In this document: piece after piece, positions 39,238-48,125 of the stretch
Layout of the letters: each line of letters starts with the position of its first letter
Numbering within the stretch: the stretch's first letter is position 1
NCBI GenBank assembly: GCA_964543245.1
Contig: CAZIXP010000001.1
Span: forward strand, 49,882-113,881
DNA: 64,000 bases
Reading direction: 5' to 3'
DNA from: an uncultured Starkeya sp.
GTDB taxonomy: Bacteria > Pseudomonadota > Alphaproteobacteria > Rhizobiales > Xanthobacteraceae
The notes under the pieces: generated by a model
The model's database searches: none
What the model saw: the letters and a program-made list of their open reading frames with translations, nothing else
What the model was told of the DNA's origin: nothing
Position numbers and translations under genes: made by a program

Positions 39238-40029
39238 ATGATCGAATTGAAGAAGCTTCTGCTCTCTGCCGCTTTCGCAGCGAGCCTCGCAGGCTGCAAT
39301 GACGACAGCGGCACGGCCTCGGCAGATGCTGGCCGTGAGGGGGAGGCGGTCTTGCAGGCTCTCGAGGAACGGGGCCTGACCGTCCACGGTCCTCTCGATG
39401 TCCCGGGAGGATTGAGCGCATTCGCCGCGAGCTCGGGCACGCAGCCGGTGGCCATCTATGTCATGCCGGATTCCAACTACGCGCTGATCGGAACGCTGAT
39501 CGATGCGCACGGCAACTCCGTCGCCGACGCCGAGTTAAATCGGGTGGCGAGCGAACCAATCGAGCGCGAAGCCTGGGCAGCGCTCGAGGCCGCGGCCTGG
39601 GTTCAGGACGGAAACCCCAATGCGGAGCGCATCGTCTATGTATTCACCGATGCGAACTGCCCGTACTGTAACCAGCTATGGCGCTCGGCGCGTCCATGGG
39701 TGGAGGCCGGCAAGATCCAGCTACGTCATATCATGGTCGGCGTGATCCGCGCCGATTCTGCCGGGAAGGCGGCCGCGATTCTGGAAGCATCCGATCAGCA
39801 GGCCGCGCTCACTCAGAATGAACTGAACCATGCCAGCGGCGGCATCGCCCCTCTTGCGACCATATCCGCCGACACCAACGCCAAACTCAACAGCAATGTC
39901 GAGTTGATGAGGCGGCTGGGCTTCAGCGGCACGCCGGGGCTCGTTTCCAGAGGCAGCGACGGTTCCCTCAACGTGCAGGCCGGCGCCCCCCGGGGAGCCG
40001 CCCTCGAGATCGTGTTCGGGCCGCTTTAG
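39238..40029 (+). CDS. dsbG: Thiol:disulfide interchange protein DsbG (lipoprotein signal)
   Basis: LAGC lipobox, VYVFTDANCPYC, PWVEAGKIQLRHIMVGVI, GTP; start uncertain. Confidence 0.9.
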   Translation: MIELKKLLLSAAFAASLAGCNDDSGTASADAGREGEAVLQALEERGLTVHGPLDVPGGLSAFAASSGTQPVAIYVMPDSNYALIGTLIDAHGNSVADAELNRVASEPIEREAWAALEAAAWVQDGNPNAERIVYVFTDANCPYCNQLWRSARPWVEAGKIQLRHIMVGVIRADSAGKAAAILEASDQQAALTQNELNHASGGIAPLATISADTNAKLNSNVELMRRLGFSGTPGLVSRGSDGSLNVQAGAPRGAALEIVFGPL

Positions 40030-40074
40030 GCCGTCTCGGTCGCGGGCGTGCGGCGTCAGCAGAGCCGCGCACCT

Positions 40075-40091
40075 CTTAAGCCTGCCTTAAG
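40075..40091. promoter_or_regulatory. CTTAAG-N5-CTTAAG box upstream of dsbD
   Basis: cttaag-cctgc-cttaag. Confidence 0.75.
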
Positions 40092-40135
40092 CTGCCGATC
40101 AGACCTCTCCCGCCCGTGTCACATGAAGCGGGAGC

Positions 40136-41995
40136 ATGCCGTTGCCTTCGAGAACTATCTCGTCCGTCCTTGTCGCGGTGCTGATGATCGCGATTGCCGC
40201 GATATCCACGCCGGCATCTGCGCAGGTGACGTCCACGGGAGGGATGCCGCTCCCCGTCGATCAGGCGTTCCAGCTCTCTGCGACGCGCGAAGGCGACGAG
40301 GGCGTCCGGCTGCAATGGACGATCGCGTCAGGCTACTATCTCTATCACGATAAATTCGGCGTCACGCAGGGCGCGTCCGACCTCGCGATGCCCGAACTCC
40401 AGGGCAACGGTCAAAGCAAAGACGATCCGACATTCGGCCCATCCACCGTCTTCCTTGACCACGTCGCCGCCGTGGTTCCTCTCGAAGCCTCGGCATCCGG
40501 CCCGCTCGAAGTCCACTATCAGGGATGTCAGGACAACGGCATCTGCTACCCGCCGATCATCCGGCATGTCGATGTCACGACACTCGCCGTGACCGATCCG
40601 CAGCAACGCGCACCGGCAACGCAGGCTCATGAATGGACAGCTCCCATTTCGGGGGCGCCGGCGCTGGCGAGCGGCGTCACCATCGCGGCGGATAATGGCG
40701 GCTTGATCGGCTCGCTGCTCAAAGACGGCGGCGTCGCGATGGTGCTGGCAAGCTTCCTGATGTTCGGCGTGCTGCTCGCCTTCACCCCTTGCGTGTTCCC
40801 GATGTACCCGATCCTCGCCGGAGCGATCGCGCGTCAGGGCGAGTCGGTCACAGCGGCCAGGGGTTTCAACCTGTCGCTCGCCTATGTCTTGGCCATGGCG
40901 ACCGCCTTCGGGCTCCTCGGCGTGGTCGCCGCCTGGTCGGGCCAGAATCTGCAGATGGCGCTTCAGTCTCCGCTCGCCATCGGCGCCGTCTCGATCCTGT
41001 TCGTCATCCTCGCCCTGTCCATGTTTGGCCTGTTCGAATTGCAGCTGCCATCGGCCTGGGTGAACGCCATCGGCCGTATCGGCCAGGGTGATCGCGGGTC
41101 GCTGGCCTCGGCCGCACTGCTTGGCTTCACCTCCGCGCTGATCGTCGGACCGTGCGTCACCGCACCGCTCGCTGGTGCGCTGATCTATATCGCGCAGACC
41201 GGCGACGTGGCGCTTGGCGCCGCATCGCTCTTCGCGCTCGGCCTCGGCAAGGGCATTCCGCTGATTGCCTTCGGCACGCTCGGTCCGAAAGCCTTGCCCA
41301 AGGCCGGGGCGTGGATGACCTCGGTGCGCCAGGCGTTCGGCTTCGTGTTCGTGGCCACCGCGATCTGGATGGTCTCGCGCCTCATCCCCGCCGAGGCCGG
41401 CCTTGCGCTCTGGGCCCTCTTTGCCATTGGTCTCGCGGTGTGGCTCGGAGCCTTCGATTCGCTCGGGCCCGACGCACCAGGGCGACGCCGGACCGCCAAG
41501 GCCGCCGGCATCGCCGCAGCCCTCTACGGCATCGTGCTCGCGGTCGGCGCCGCCAGCGGGGCCAATGACCCTTTCCGTCCCCTGAGCAACCTCGCCGCGT
41601 ACACGCGGGGCAGCGCCGGTTCTGCGCAAGCGCTGGCTTTCCGAAACGCGGCGACCCCGGCCGAGCTGCGAACCGGGCTTGCCGCAGGCAACGGCAAGCC
41701 AAGCCTCCTCTATGTCACGGCCGACTGGTGCATCACCTGCGCGGTCATCGATCGCAGCGTTCTTTCCGACCCCGCCGTCCAGTCCACGCTCGCCCGCTTC
41801 AATCTCATCAAGCTCGACGTCAGCGCCAACACGCCCGACCAGAGCCAGATCATGCAGAGCCTTCAGGTCGTCGGCCCACCGACAATGATCTTCGTCGGTC
41901 CTGAGGGACAGGAGACGACGGGAACCCGCCTCGTCGGCGACGTGACCAAGGCGACCTTGCGGGCCTCGGTCGAGCGTATGGGCCTGGTCCAATGA
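40136..41995 (+). CDS. dsbD: Protein-disulfide reductase DsbD
   Basis: alpha domain QGCQDNGICYPP, TM domain FTPCVFPM and GPCVTAPL, thioredoxin domain ADWCITC. Confidence 0.95.
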   Translation: MPLPSRTISSVLVAVLMIAIAAISTPASAQVTSTGGMPLPVDQAFQLSATREGDEGVRLQWTIASGYYLYHDKFGVTQGASDLAMPELQGNGQSKDDPTFGPSTVFLDHVAAVVPLEASASGPLEVHYQGCQDNGICYPPIIRHVDVTTLAVTDPQQRAPATQAHEWTAPISGAPALASGVTIAADNGGLIGSLLKDGGVAMVLASFLMFGVLLAFTPCVFPMYPILAGAIARQGESVTAARGFNLSLAYVLAMATAFGLLGVVAAWSGQNLQMALQSPLAIGAVSILFVILALSMFGLFELQLPSAWVNAIGRIGQGDRGSLASAALLGFTSALIVGPCVTAPLAGALIYIAQTGDVALGAASLFALGLGKGIPLIAFGTLGPKALPKAGAWMTSVRQAFGFVFVATAIWMVSRLIPAEAGLALWALFAIGLAVWLGAFDSLGPDAPGRRRTAKAAGIAAALYGIVLAVGAASGANDPFRPLSNLAAYTRGSAGSAQALAFRNAATPAELRTGLAAGNGKPSLLYVTADWCITCAVIDRSVLSDPAVQSTLARFNLIKLDVSANTPDQSQIMQSLQVVGPPTMIFVGPEGQETTGTRLVGDVTKATLRASVERMGLVQ

Positions 41996-42795
41996 ACGCC
42001 ATCAGCATCGGCCCGTTCGTCTTCGCCGCGGCGCAGTTCGCGGCCATTCTCGGCATCTTCGCCTTCACGATCGCAACATCGATCCTGGCACGCCGCTTCG
42101 ACCCGCTGATCGGTCGCTGGTCGACATGGGCGCTGATCGGCGGCCTGATCGCGGCTCGGCTCGGGCATGTCGGCCTGCATTGGCAAAGCTTCATCGCAGA
42201 ACCGTGGCGAGTGATCGCATTCTGGCAAGGCGGCTTCGAGCCGATCGCCGGTCTGATCGGCGTCGCCATCATCAGCGCCTTCTTCATTCGTTCCCTCAAG
42301 ACCGGTGCGGCAGCCGCAGGCGCGCTTGGCCTCAGCCTTGTCGTCTGGATCGGCGTCACGCAGCTCACCCAGGCGACTCTCGGCCAGCCTGCGCCGACCG
42401 TCGCCCTGCAACAGATCGACGGCCCGCCGCTTGCCGTTAGCGACGTCGCCGGCAAGCCGGCCGTTATCAATCTCTGGGCGAGCTGGTGCCCGCCCTGCCG
42501 CAGGGAAATGCCGTTGCTTGCCGAGATCGCCGCAAGCAGGGACGACGTCGCCTTCCTCTTCGTCAATCAGGGCGAAGGATCGGACACGATCCGCTCCTAT
42601 CTTGCATCCGCGAATCTCAAGCTCGATCGCGTGCTGCTCGATCAGGCGATGCAGATCCCAAGGCACTACGGGACGATGGGGCTTCCCATCACCCTTTTCC
42701 TCAGAGCCGACGGAACCCTCGCGTCCATGCATATGGGCGAAATCTCCCGGGAAGCCCTCAACGCCAATATCGAGAAAATAACGGGTCCGACATGA
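41992..42795 (+). CDS. Membrane-anchored TlpA-like thioredoxin with N-terminal TM domain
   Basis: LIAARLGHV TM region; NLWASWCPPCRREMP; FVNQGE; GLPIT. Confidence 0.88.
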   Translation: MNAISIGPFVFAAAQFAAILGIFAFTIATSILARRFDPLIGRWSTWALIGGLIAARLGHVGLHWQSFIAEPWRVIAFWQGGFEPIAGLIGVAIISAFFIRSLKTGAAAAGALGLSLVVWIGVTQLTQATLGQPAPTVALQQIDGPPLAVSDVAGKPAVINLWASWCPPCRREMPLLAEIAASRDDVAFLFVNQGEGSDTIRSYLASANLKLDRVLLDQAMQIPRHYGTMGLPITLFLRADGTLASMHMGEISREALNANIEKITGPT

Positions 42796-42902
42796 CGCCG
42801 GTGGTTCCGATGCAAATCGCGGCCGGCCCGCTGCCCTTCACCCCCAAAGTTGAACCATCCGCCTTCCTCGATTCGGGCGCGGCCAACGATGCGTAACGAC
42901 CA

Positions 42903-43514
42903 ATGATTTCGTCTAGGAAAAGCGGAGCGTTCTTCACCCTGCTGGTCAGCCTCGTTGTGGCCGGTTGCACCACGACGACAACCACATCTATCACACAGGC
43001 GCGCGATCGCTCACAACCCGCCGCTGGGATCGAGGCTTCCAGGGTCGATCCGAAGAACCGGCGACAACAGGTGGACTATCGCACGCCGCATGCCCCGGGA
43101 ACGATCATCGTCGATACGACAAATCGCTTCATCTATCTGGTGCAGGAAAACGGAAAGGCGATGCGTTACGGGGTCGGCGTCGGTCGCGAAGGGCTCGCGT
43201 TCACAGGCACGGCCAATATTGGCCTCAAGCGCGAATGGCCGCGCTGGACGCCGACACCCAACATGATCGCTCGCGAGCCCGAACGATATGCGCGCTGGGC
43301 CGCCGGGATGGAGGGCGGACCGAACAATCCTCTCGGCGCGCGGGCGCTCTACCTTTACAAGGACGGTAAGGACACGCTGTTCCGCATCCACGGCACCAAT
43401 GAACCGCACACCATCGGCCATGCCGTCTCGTCCGGCTGCATCCGCATGTTGAATCAGGACGTCATCGACCTCTATCGTCGCGTCCCGGCAGGATCGAAAG
43501 TCGTTGTGCTGTAG
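42903..43514 (+). CDS. L,D-transpeptidase (YkuD/ErfK) lipoprotein
   Basis: VAGC lipobox, RYGVGVGREG, NPLGARALYL, RIHGT...SSGCIRM. Confidence 0.93.
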   Translation: MISSRKSGAFFTLLVSLVVAGCTTTTTTSITQARDRSQPAAGIEASRVDPKNRRQQVDYRTPHAPGTIIVDTTNRFIYLVQENGKAMRYGVGVGREGLAFTGTANIGLKREWPRWTPTPNMIAREPERYARWAAGMEGGPNNPLGARALYLYKDGKDTLFRIHGTNEPHTIGHAVSSGCIRMLNQDVIDLYRRVPAGSKVVVL

Positions 43515-43583
43515 CCGCGTTGGCATAGTCAATCATTTGGAACGGACGCCTCCCATTACAACGATCCGGAGGCCTCCAAAGCA

Positions 43584-44240
43584 ATGGGGTTTCGTAACAT
43601 GGAGATCAATTGGGACAGCAGATTCGAACGTGAGGACTATCTCTTCGGGACCGAGCCAAACGCTTTTCTTGCCTCGCAGGCCTTCCGGCTGCAACCTGGA
43701 ATGAAGGCGCTTGCGGTCGCCGACGGAGAGGGGCGCAACGGCGTCTGGCTCGCCGAGCGTGGGCTCGACGTCGTTTCGTTCGATGCCTCAACGGTCGCGC
43801 TTGCAAAGGCGCGGGACCTCGCCCGCCGACGCGACGTGACCTTGCAGACCGTGCATTCCGATCTTGCCGAGTGGGAGTGGGAACCCGAAACCTACGACGT
43901 CGTCGCCGCGATCTTTGTGCAGTTCGCACCGCCCGATTTGCGCAAGACGATGTTCGAAGGCTTCCACACATGCCTGAAGCCTGGCGGAATTCTGATCATG
44001 CGGGGATATCGCGTCGAACAGCTTCGCTACGGCACCGGTGGCCCGCCGCACGCCGATCATCTCTACACGAAGGATATGCTGATCCGGTCATTCGGGCATT
44101 GGGAAATCCGATACCTTCAGGAGCATGACAGCGTGATCGAGGAAGGAGCCGGGCATTCCGGCATATCGGCCCTGATCGATCTCGTTGCCGAAAAGGCAAG
44201 ACATGATGTCCTGCCGCTCCCCTCATTGAAGGCCGCGTAG
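43584..44240 (+). CDS. Class I SAM-dependent methyltransferase
   Basis: WDSRF..EDYLFGTEPNAFL, VADGEGRNGVWLA and LKPGG. Confidence 0.88.
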   Translation: MGFRNMEINWDSRFEREDYLFGTEPNAFLASQAFRLQPGMKALAVADGEGRNGVWLAERGLDVVSFDASTVALAKARDLARRRDVTLQTVHSDLAEWEWEPETYDVVAAIFVQFAPPDLRKTMFEGFHTCLKPGGILIMRGYRVEQLRYGTGGPPHADHLYTKDMLIRSFGHWEIRYLQEHDSVIEEGAGHSGISALIDLVAEKARHDVLPLPSLKAA

Positions 44241-44294
44241 ACGGATTGCATAGCGATGTCGTAGCTCGTGACGTCATCGCGCATCGGGCGCCAC

Positions 44295-45038
44295 CTAGCC
44301 AACCGCCAGATACGACATCATTGGGTCGGGGATGACGACGATCGGGCTGCCATCGCGAACCTCGTCATGGAGATGGATGACATCCTGATTGAGCAGCCGG
44401 ATGCAGCCGGACGAGACGGCATGACCGATCGAAAAGGCCTCGGGCGTGCCGTGCAGCCGATAGAGCGTGTCGCGCCCGCCTTCATGAATGTAAAGCGCGC
44501 GCGAGCCAAGCGGGTTGTTGAGTCCGGGGTCCATTCCGCCATTTGCGATGCTGTACGGCTCCAGCTCGGGCTGGCGGGCGACCATGCTGTCGGGCGGCGT
44601 CCAACGCGGCCATTTGCGCTTGTAGGCGACGATCGCGCGCCCCGACCATGCAAAGCCTTCGCGGCCGACGCCGATGCCATAACGCGTCGCGCGGCCCTCC
44701 GGCTTCACATGGTAGAGGTACTTGCCAGGCGTATCGACGATCAGCGTTCCTGGCCGCTCCTCTGTCGGATAGTCGACCTCCGTCCGCCAGAAGCGGCGAT
44801 CGACCTGGGAGACGTCGACCTCGGGAATGGGGAACGGCTCGTTCGGCATCGCCGTATACATCAGCGGAACCACGGGTTCCGGCTCGACCTTGACAACTGG
44901 CGCCATCATCGGGACCGGCTGGCGTGTCGATACGCAGCCCGCCAGTGTAAAGGCGCTGGCGCCGACCAGAAATGCGCGCCGTGCCAGCGGCCTGGAAAGT
45001 GTCGTTTTACTCAATTGTCTCTCAGCCTTCCGAATCAT
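44295..45038 (-). CDS. L,D-transpeptidase, Tat/lipoprotein signal
   Basis: ARRAFL..LAGC, RYGIGVGREG, NPLGSRALY, RLHGT...SSGCIRL. Confidence 0.93.
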   Translation of the reverse strand: MIRKAERQLSKTTLSRPLARRAFLVGASAFTLAGCVSTRQPVPMMAPVVKVEPEPVVPLMYTAMPNEPFPIPEVDVSQVDRRFWRTEVDYPTEERPGTLIVDTPGKYLYHVKPEGRATRYGIGVGREGFAWSGRAIVAYKRKWPRWTPPDSMVARQPELEPYSIANGGMDPGLNNPLGSRALYIHEGGRDTLYRLHGTPEAFSIGHAVSSGCIRLLNQDVIHLHDEVRDGSPIVVIPDPMMSYLAVG

Positions 45039-45070
45039 TCCGGTTCAGAACGCTCAAACGTCAGGGCCAC

Positions 45071-45087
45071 CTTAAGCCTGCCTTAAG
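45071..45087. promoter_or_regulatory. CTTAAG-N5-CTTAAG box between the L,D-transpeptidase and thioredoxin genes
   Basis: cttaag-cctgc-cttaag. Confidence 0.75.
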
Positions 45088-45127
45088 ACGGGAACTCACC
45101 GTTGCCTCGAACAACGGAGAGCCACAA

Positions 45128-45655
45128 ATGCTGATTTCGACCTGGAAGCTGGCAGACATTCACCGGAACGATCAGGGCGCGGGTGCCTGCGGTCATCGTC
45201 CGTCCCGGTCCGCGATCGTCGCAACGCGGCGTCAACTCCTGATCGGAGCTCTCAGCGTCGCGGCCGCTACCAGCCTTGCCGTTCCTGCCGGGGCCGCGGT
45301 CCTGACCGTCACCAACCTCGACCAATACCGAGGCGGTCTTGCACGCCTCGCTCCGCGCTACCGGACCGCGCTCGTCGACATTGGCGCGGAATGGTGCGCC
45401 TTCTGCAAGACCATTGATCAGAAGATCCTCCCGGACCCCGGCGTCCGGCGAGCCATGGAGCGAATTGCGCTGATCAAGGTCGACGTGACCAGAATGGGCC
45501 AGTCCAGCCGCGAGCTCCTTCGATACCTGCGCGCCGACGGGCCCCCAACGCTCTTCGTCGTGCAGACTGCGAGCGGACATGAATTCTCAGGCACGCGATC
45601 CGTCGGAGCCTTTCGAGCGAGTGACCTCGTCCGGCGCCTGCGCCCGTTCGCCTGA
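45128..45655 (+). CDS. Exported thioredoxin-family protein (DsbD gamma-like)
   Basis: TRRQLL signal, GAEWCAFCK, IKVDVT and GPPT; start uncertain. Confidence 0.8.
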   Translation: MLISTWKLADIHRNDQGAGACGHRPSRSAIVATRRQLLIGALSVAAATSLAVPAGAAVLTVTNLDQYRGGLARLAPRYRTALVDIGAEWCAFCKTIDQKILPDPGVRRAMERIALIKVDVTRMGQSSRELLRYLRADGPPTLFVVQTASGHEFSGTRSVGAFRASDLVRRLRPFA

Positions 45656-45686
45656 CATCGATACCGGTTTCAAGACATGCGGGAGC

Positions 45687-45700
45687 TTGATTGAGATCAA
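45687..45700. promoter_or_regulatory. Perfect FNR/FixK consensus box upstream of the triheme cytochrome-tsdA operon
   Basis: TTGAT-TGAG-ATCAA, 47 bp before the ATG. Confidence 0.75.
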
Positions 45701-45746
45701 CGCGTGCGTTGGGCCGCTCATGATACTTACATAATTACTGAAAGTA

Positions 45747-47099
45747 ATGGGGCGGATCGTGAAACTGTTCATCAAGCTAGCGCTATTCGCGATCTGCGGA
45801 CTTGGAATCTCCTATGCCTTCGCGATTTCCACCCCCTATTGGTTCAAGCCGAAGGCCGAGGCGCATGTCGACGTCACCGATGCCGCCCTGATCCGCCAGG
45901 GCGCGTATCTCGCGCGCGCAGGCGACTGCATCGCTTGCCACACCGCCCCTGGCGGCAAACCCTTCGCCGGCGGCCTCGGCATGCAGACGCCGATGGGCAC
46001 GATCTATTCGACCAACATCACGCCCGATGCTCAAACGGGTATCGGCGGCTACAGCTACGGCGACTTCGAGCGGGCCGTACGAAAAGGCATCCGGCCCGAC
46101 GGCACGCACCTCTACCCCGCCATGCCCTACGTCTCCTATGCTGTCGTCAAGGACGAGGACATCAAGGCGCTCTACGCCTACTTCATGTCGAGCGTCGAAG
46201 GGGTCCGGCAGGACAACCAGCCGACCACCATGCCTTGGCCGCTCAGCATGCGCTGGCCGCTTGCCTGGTGGCAGCTCATGTTCGCCCAGCCCCGCGACTT
46301 TGCCGCGACGACCACCGATCCGCAGCTCGTGCGCGGCGCCTATCTTGTCGAGGGCCTCGCCCATTGCGGCGCCTGCCATACGCCACGCGGCATCGCGTTT
46401 CAGGAAACGGCCCTCGCCGATGGCCCGAACAGCCGATTTCTGTCGGGCTCCGTCCTGGAGGGCTGGTACGCCAAAAACCTTCGCGATGAAGACACTGGCC
46501 TGTCGACCTGGACGGTCGATGAGATCGTCGATTTCCTGAAGACTGGCCGCAATGCCAAGACGGCGGCCTTCGGCTCGATGTCCGATGTCGTTGAGCATTC
46601 CACCCAGTATCTTGCGGCCGACGACCTGACGACGATCGCCACCTACCTCAAATCGCTGAACGCCCGCGACGGACGCAGCCCGACATGGCAGCCGAAGGAG
46701 GATCTCACCACCGCGGCCCTCAAGGCCGGCGATTTCAGCGCCCCCGGCGCCATGTCCTACGTCGAGCACTGCGCGACCTGCCACCGGATGGACGGCAAGG
46801 GCGCGCCGCGCATCTATCCGGCGCTCGCCGGAAACTCGATGGTCTTTGCCGATGATCCAAGCTCCCTCATCCAGGTGACGCTTGCCGGCGGGCGCATGCC
46901 CCGCACCCCGCATGACACCATGGCCTTCACCATGCCCGGCTTCGCTCACCTGACGAACCGCGAGGTCGCGGCGATGCTGAACTTCATCCGCAATGGCTGG
47001 GGCAATCACGGCAGCGAGATCACCGAGGCCGACATCTCGCGCATGCGTCATGAGATCGCGCGCAAGCCGAAGCACTACGTACCGGGAGAACAAGAATGA
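45747..47099 (+). CDS. Triheme cytochrome c, AdhB / gluconate dehydrogenase cytochrome-subunit family
   Basis: GAYLARAGDCIACH, STNITPD, GAYLVEGLAHCGACHTPR, CATCH; N-terminal membrane anchor. Confidence 0.9.
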   Translation: MGRIVKLFIKLALFAICGLGISYAFAISTPYWFKPKAEAHVDVTDAALIRQGAYLARAGDCIACHTAPGGKPFAGGLGMQTPMGTIYSTNITPDAQTGIGGYSYGDFERAVRKGIRPDGTHLYPAMPYVSYAVVKDEDIKALYAYFMSSVEGVRQDNQPTTMPWPLSMRWPLAWWQLMFAQPRDFAATTTDPQLVRGAYLVEGLAHCGACHTPRGIAFQETALADGPNSRFLSGSVLEGWYAKNLRDEDTGLSTWTVDEIVDFLKTGRNAKTAAFGSMSDVVEHSTQYLAADDLTTIATYLKSLNARDGRSPTWQPKEDLTTAALKAGDFSAPGAMSYVEHCATCHRMDGKGAPRIYPALAGNSMVFADDPSSLIQVTLAGGRMPRTPHDTMAFTMPGFAHLTNREVAAMLNFIRNGWGNHGSEITEADISRMRHEIARKPKHYVPGEQE

Positions 47100-48007
47100 C
47101 CAACCGCTCCCTCATCTTGACCGGGATCGCGATCGTGGCGATCACCGCAGCGGCCGGCATATTTGCGCTAACGCACCAGCGCACGCTGGATGCCCCGGTT
47201 AACGACGCAATCGCGATCCTGGACGCTACCGGCGCCCGCATCGGCGACTATCGCATTCCGCCGGACAGTTCGATCGCGCAAGAGCCCAATGCGGTTGCCA
47301 TCATGCTTGGCAAGCGGCTGCTGAACGAAACCGCGCGCCTGCTTCCCACCAATGTCGGCAACGGGCTCAACTGCAACTCCTGCCACATGGCTCAAGGCAA
47401 GCTCTCCGACGCCAACACCTACATCAATACAAGCAATTTCTATCCCGCCGTCATGCCCCGCGCCGGGCGCGTGGTCGATCTCGTCACGCGCATCAACGGC
47501 TGCTTCCAGCGATCGATGAACGGCAAGCCTCTCGCAGAGGACAGCTCCGAAATGCAGGCAATGGTCGCCTATATGGACTGGTTGCGGCAGGACGTGGCCA
47601 AAGGCGCCAGGGTTGCGGTCCGCAACGCCGGGCCGATCGACGACACTCTGATACCGGATCCCGAGAGAGGCCAGGCGATCTACGCCGCCCAGTGCGCCTC
47701 ATGCCATGGCGCCAATGGGCAGGGCATGAAAGACCAGTCCGGCGACTATATCTTCCCGCCGCTCTGGGGTGACGAATCGTTCAATATCGGCGCCGGCATG
47801 GCGAGAACTTACAAGGCGGCGCAGTTCGTCAAATATGCGATGCCGCCGGCCATGAACCTGATACCTCCGCTCGGAACGGGCGGCGTCCTCTCCGATCAGG
47901 ATGCCGTCGATGTTTCGGAATACTTCACCCACATGCCCCGTCCCGATTTCGCCGGAAAAGTGCACGACTGGCCCACAGGCAACAAGCCGGAGGACGCGCG
48001 TTATTAG
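47096..48007 (+). CDS. tsdA: Diheme thiosulfate dehydrogenase / tetrathionate reductase TsdA (copy 1)
   Basis: CNSCH, catalytic Cys in RINGCFQRSMNG, CASCH, PPLWGDESFNIGAGM, KYAMPP. Confidence 0.85.
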   Translation: MTNRSLILTGIAIVAITAAAGIFALTHQRTLDAPVNDAIAILDATGARIGDYRIPPDSSIAQEPNAVAIMLGKRLLNETARLLPTNVGNGLNCNSCHMAQGKLSDANTYINTSNFYPAVMPRAGRVVDLVTRINGCFQRSMNGKPLAEDSSEMQAMVAYMDWLRQDVAKGARVAVRNAGPIDDTLIPDPERGQAIYAAQCASCHGANGQGMKDQSGDYIFPPLWGDESFNIGAGMARTYKAAQFVKYAMPPAMNLIPPLGTGGVLSDQDAVDVSEYFTHMPRPDFAGKVHDWPTGNKPEDARY

Positions 48008-48038
48008 AACATGTCTTTTTCAAGGCTGAACCTGGTTT

Positions 48039-48055
48039 CTTAAGGTTGCCTTAAG
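48039..48055. promoter_or_regulatory. CTTAAG-N5-CTTAAG box upstream of the ccoN-like operon
   Basis: cttaag-gttgc-cttaag. Confidence 0.75.
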
Positions 48056-48125
48056 CTTGGTTTCCGAGCGCTGACCCCATGCGCCTGCCGCAAGAGCCAG
48101 GCCGCAAAGGGGGAGGGGTTAGCGC

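Noticed and set aside
37293-48055. Repeated cttaag units as a CRISPR array or IS ends
   Set aside because: The units are 17 bp, kilobases apart and all promoter-proximal; no cas or transposase genes are nearby.
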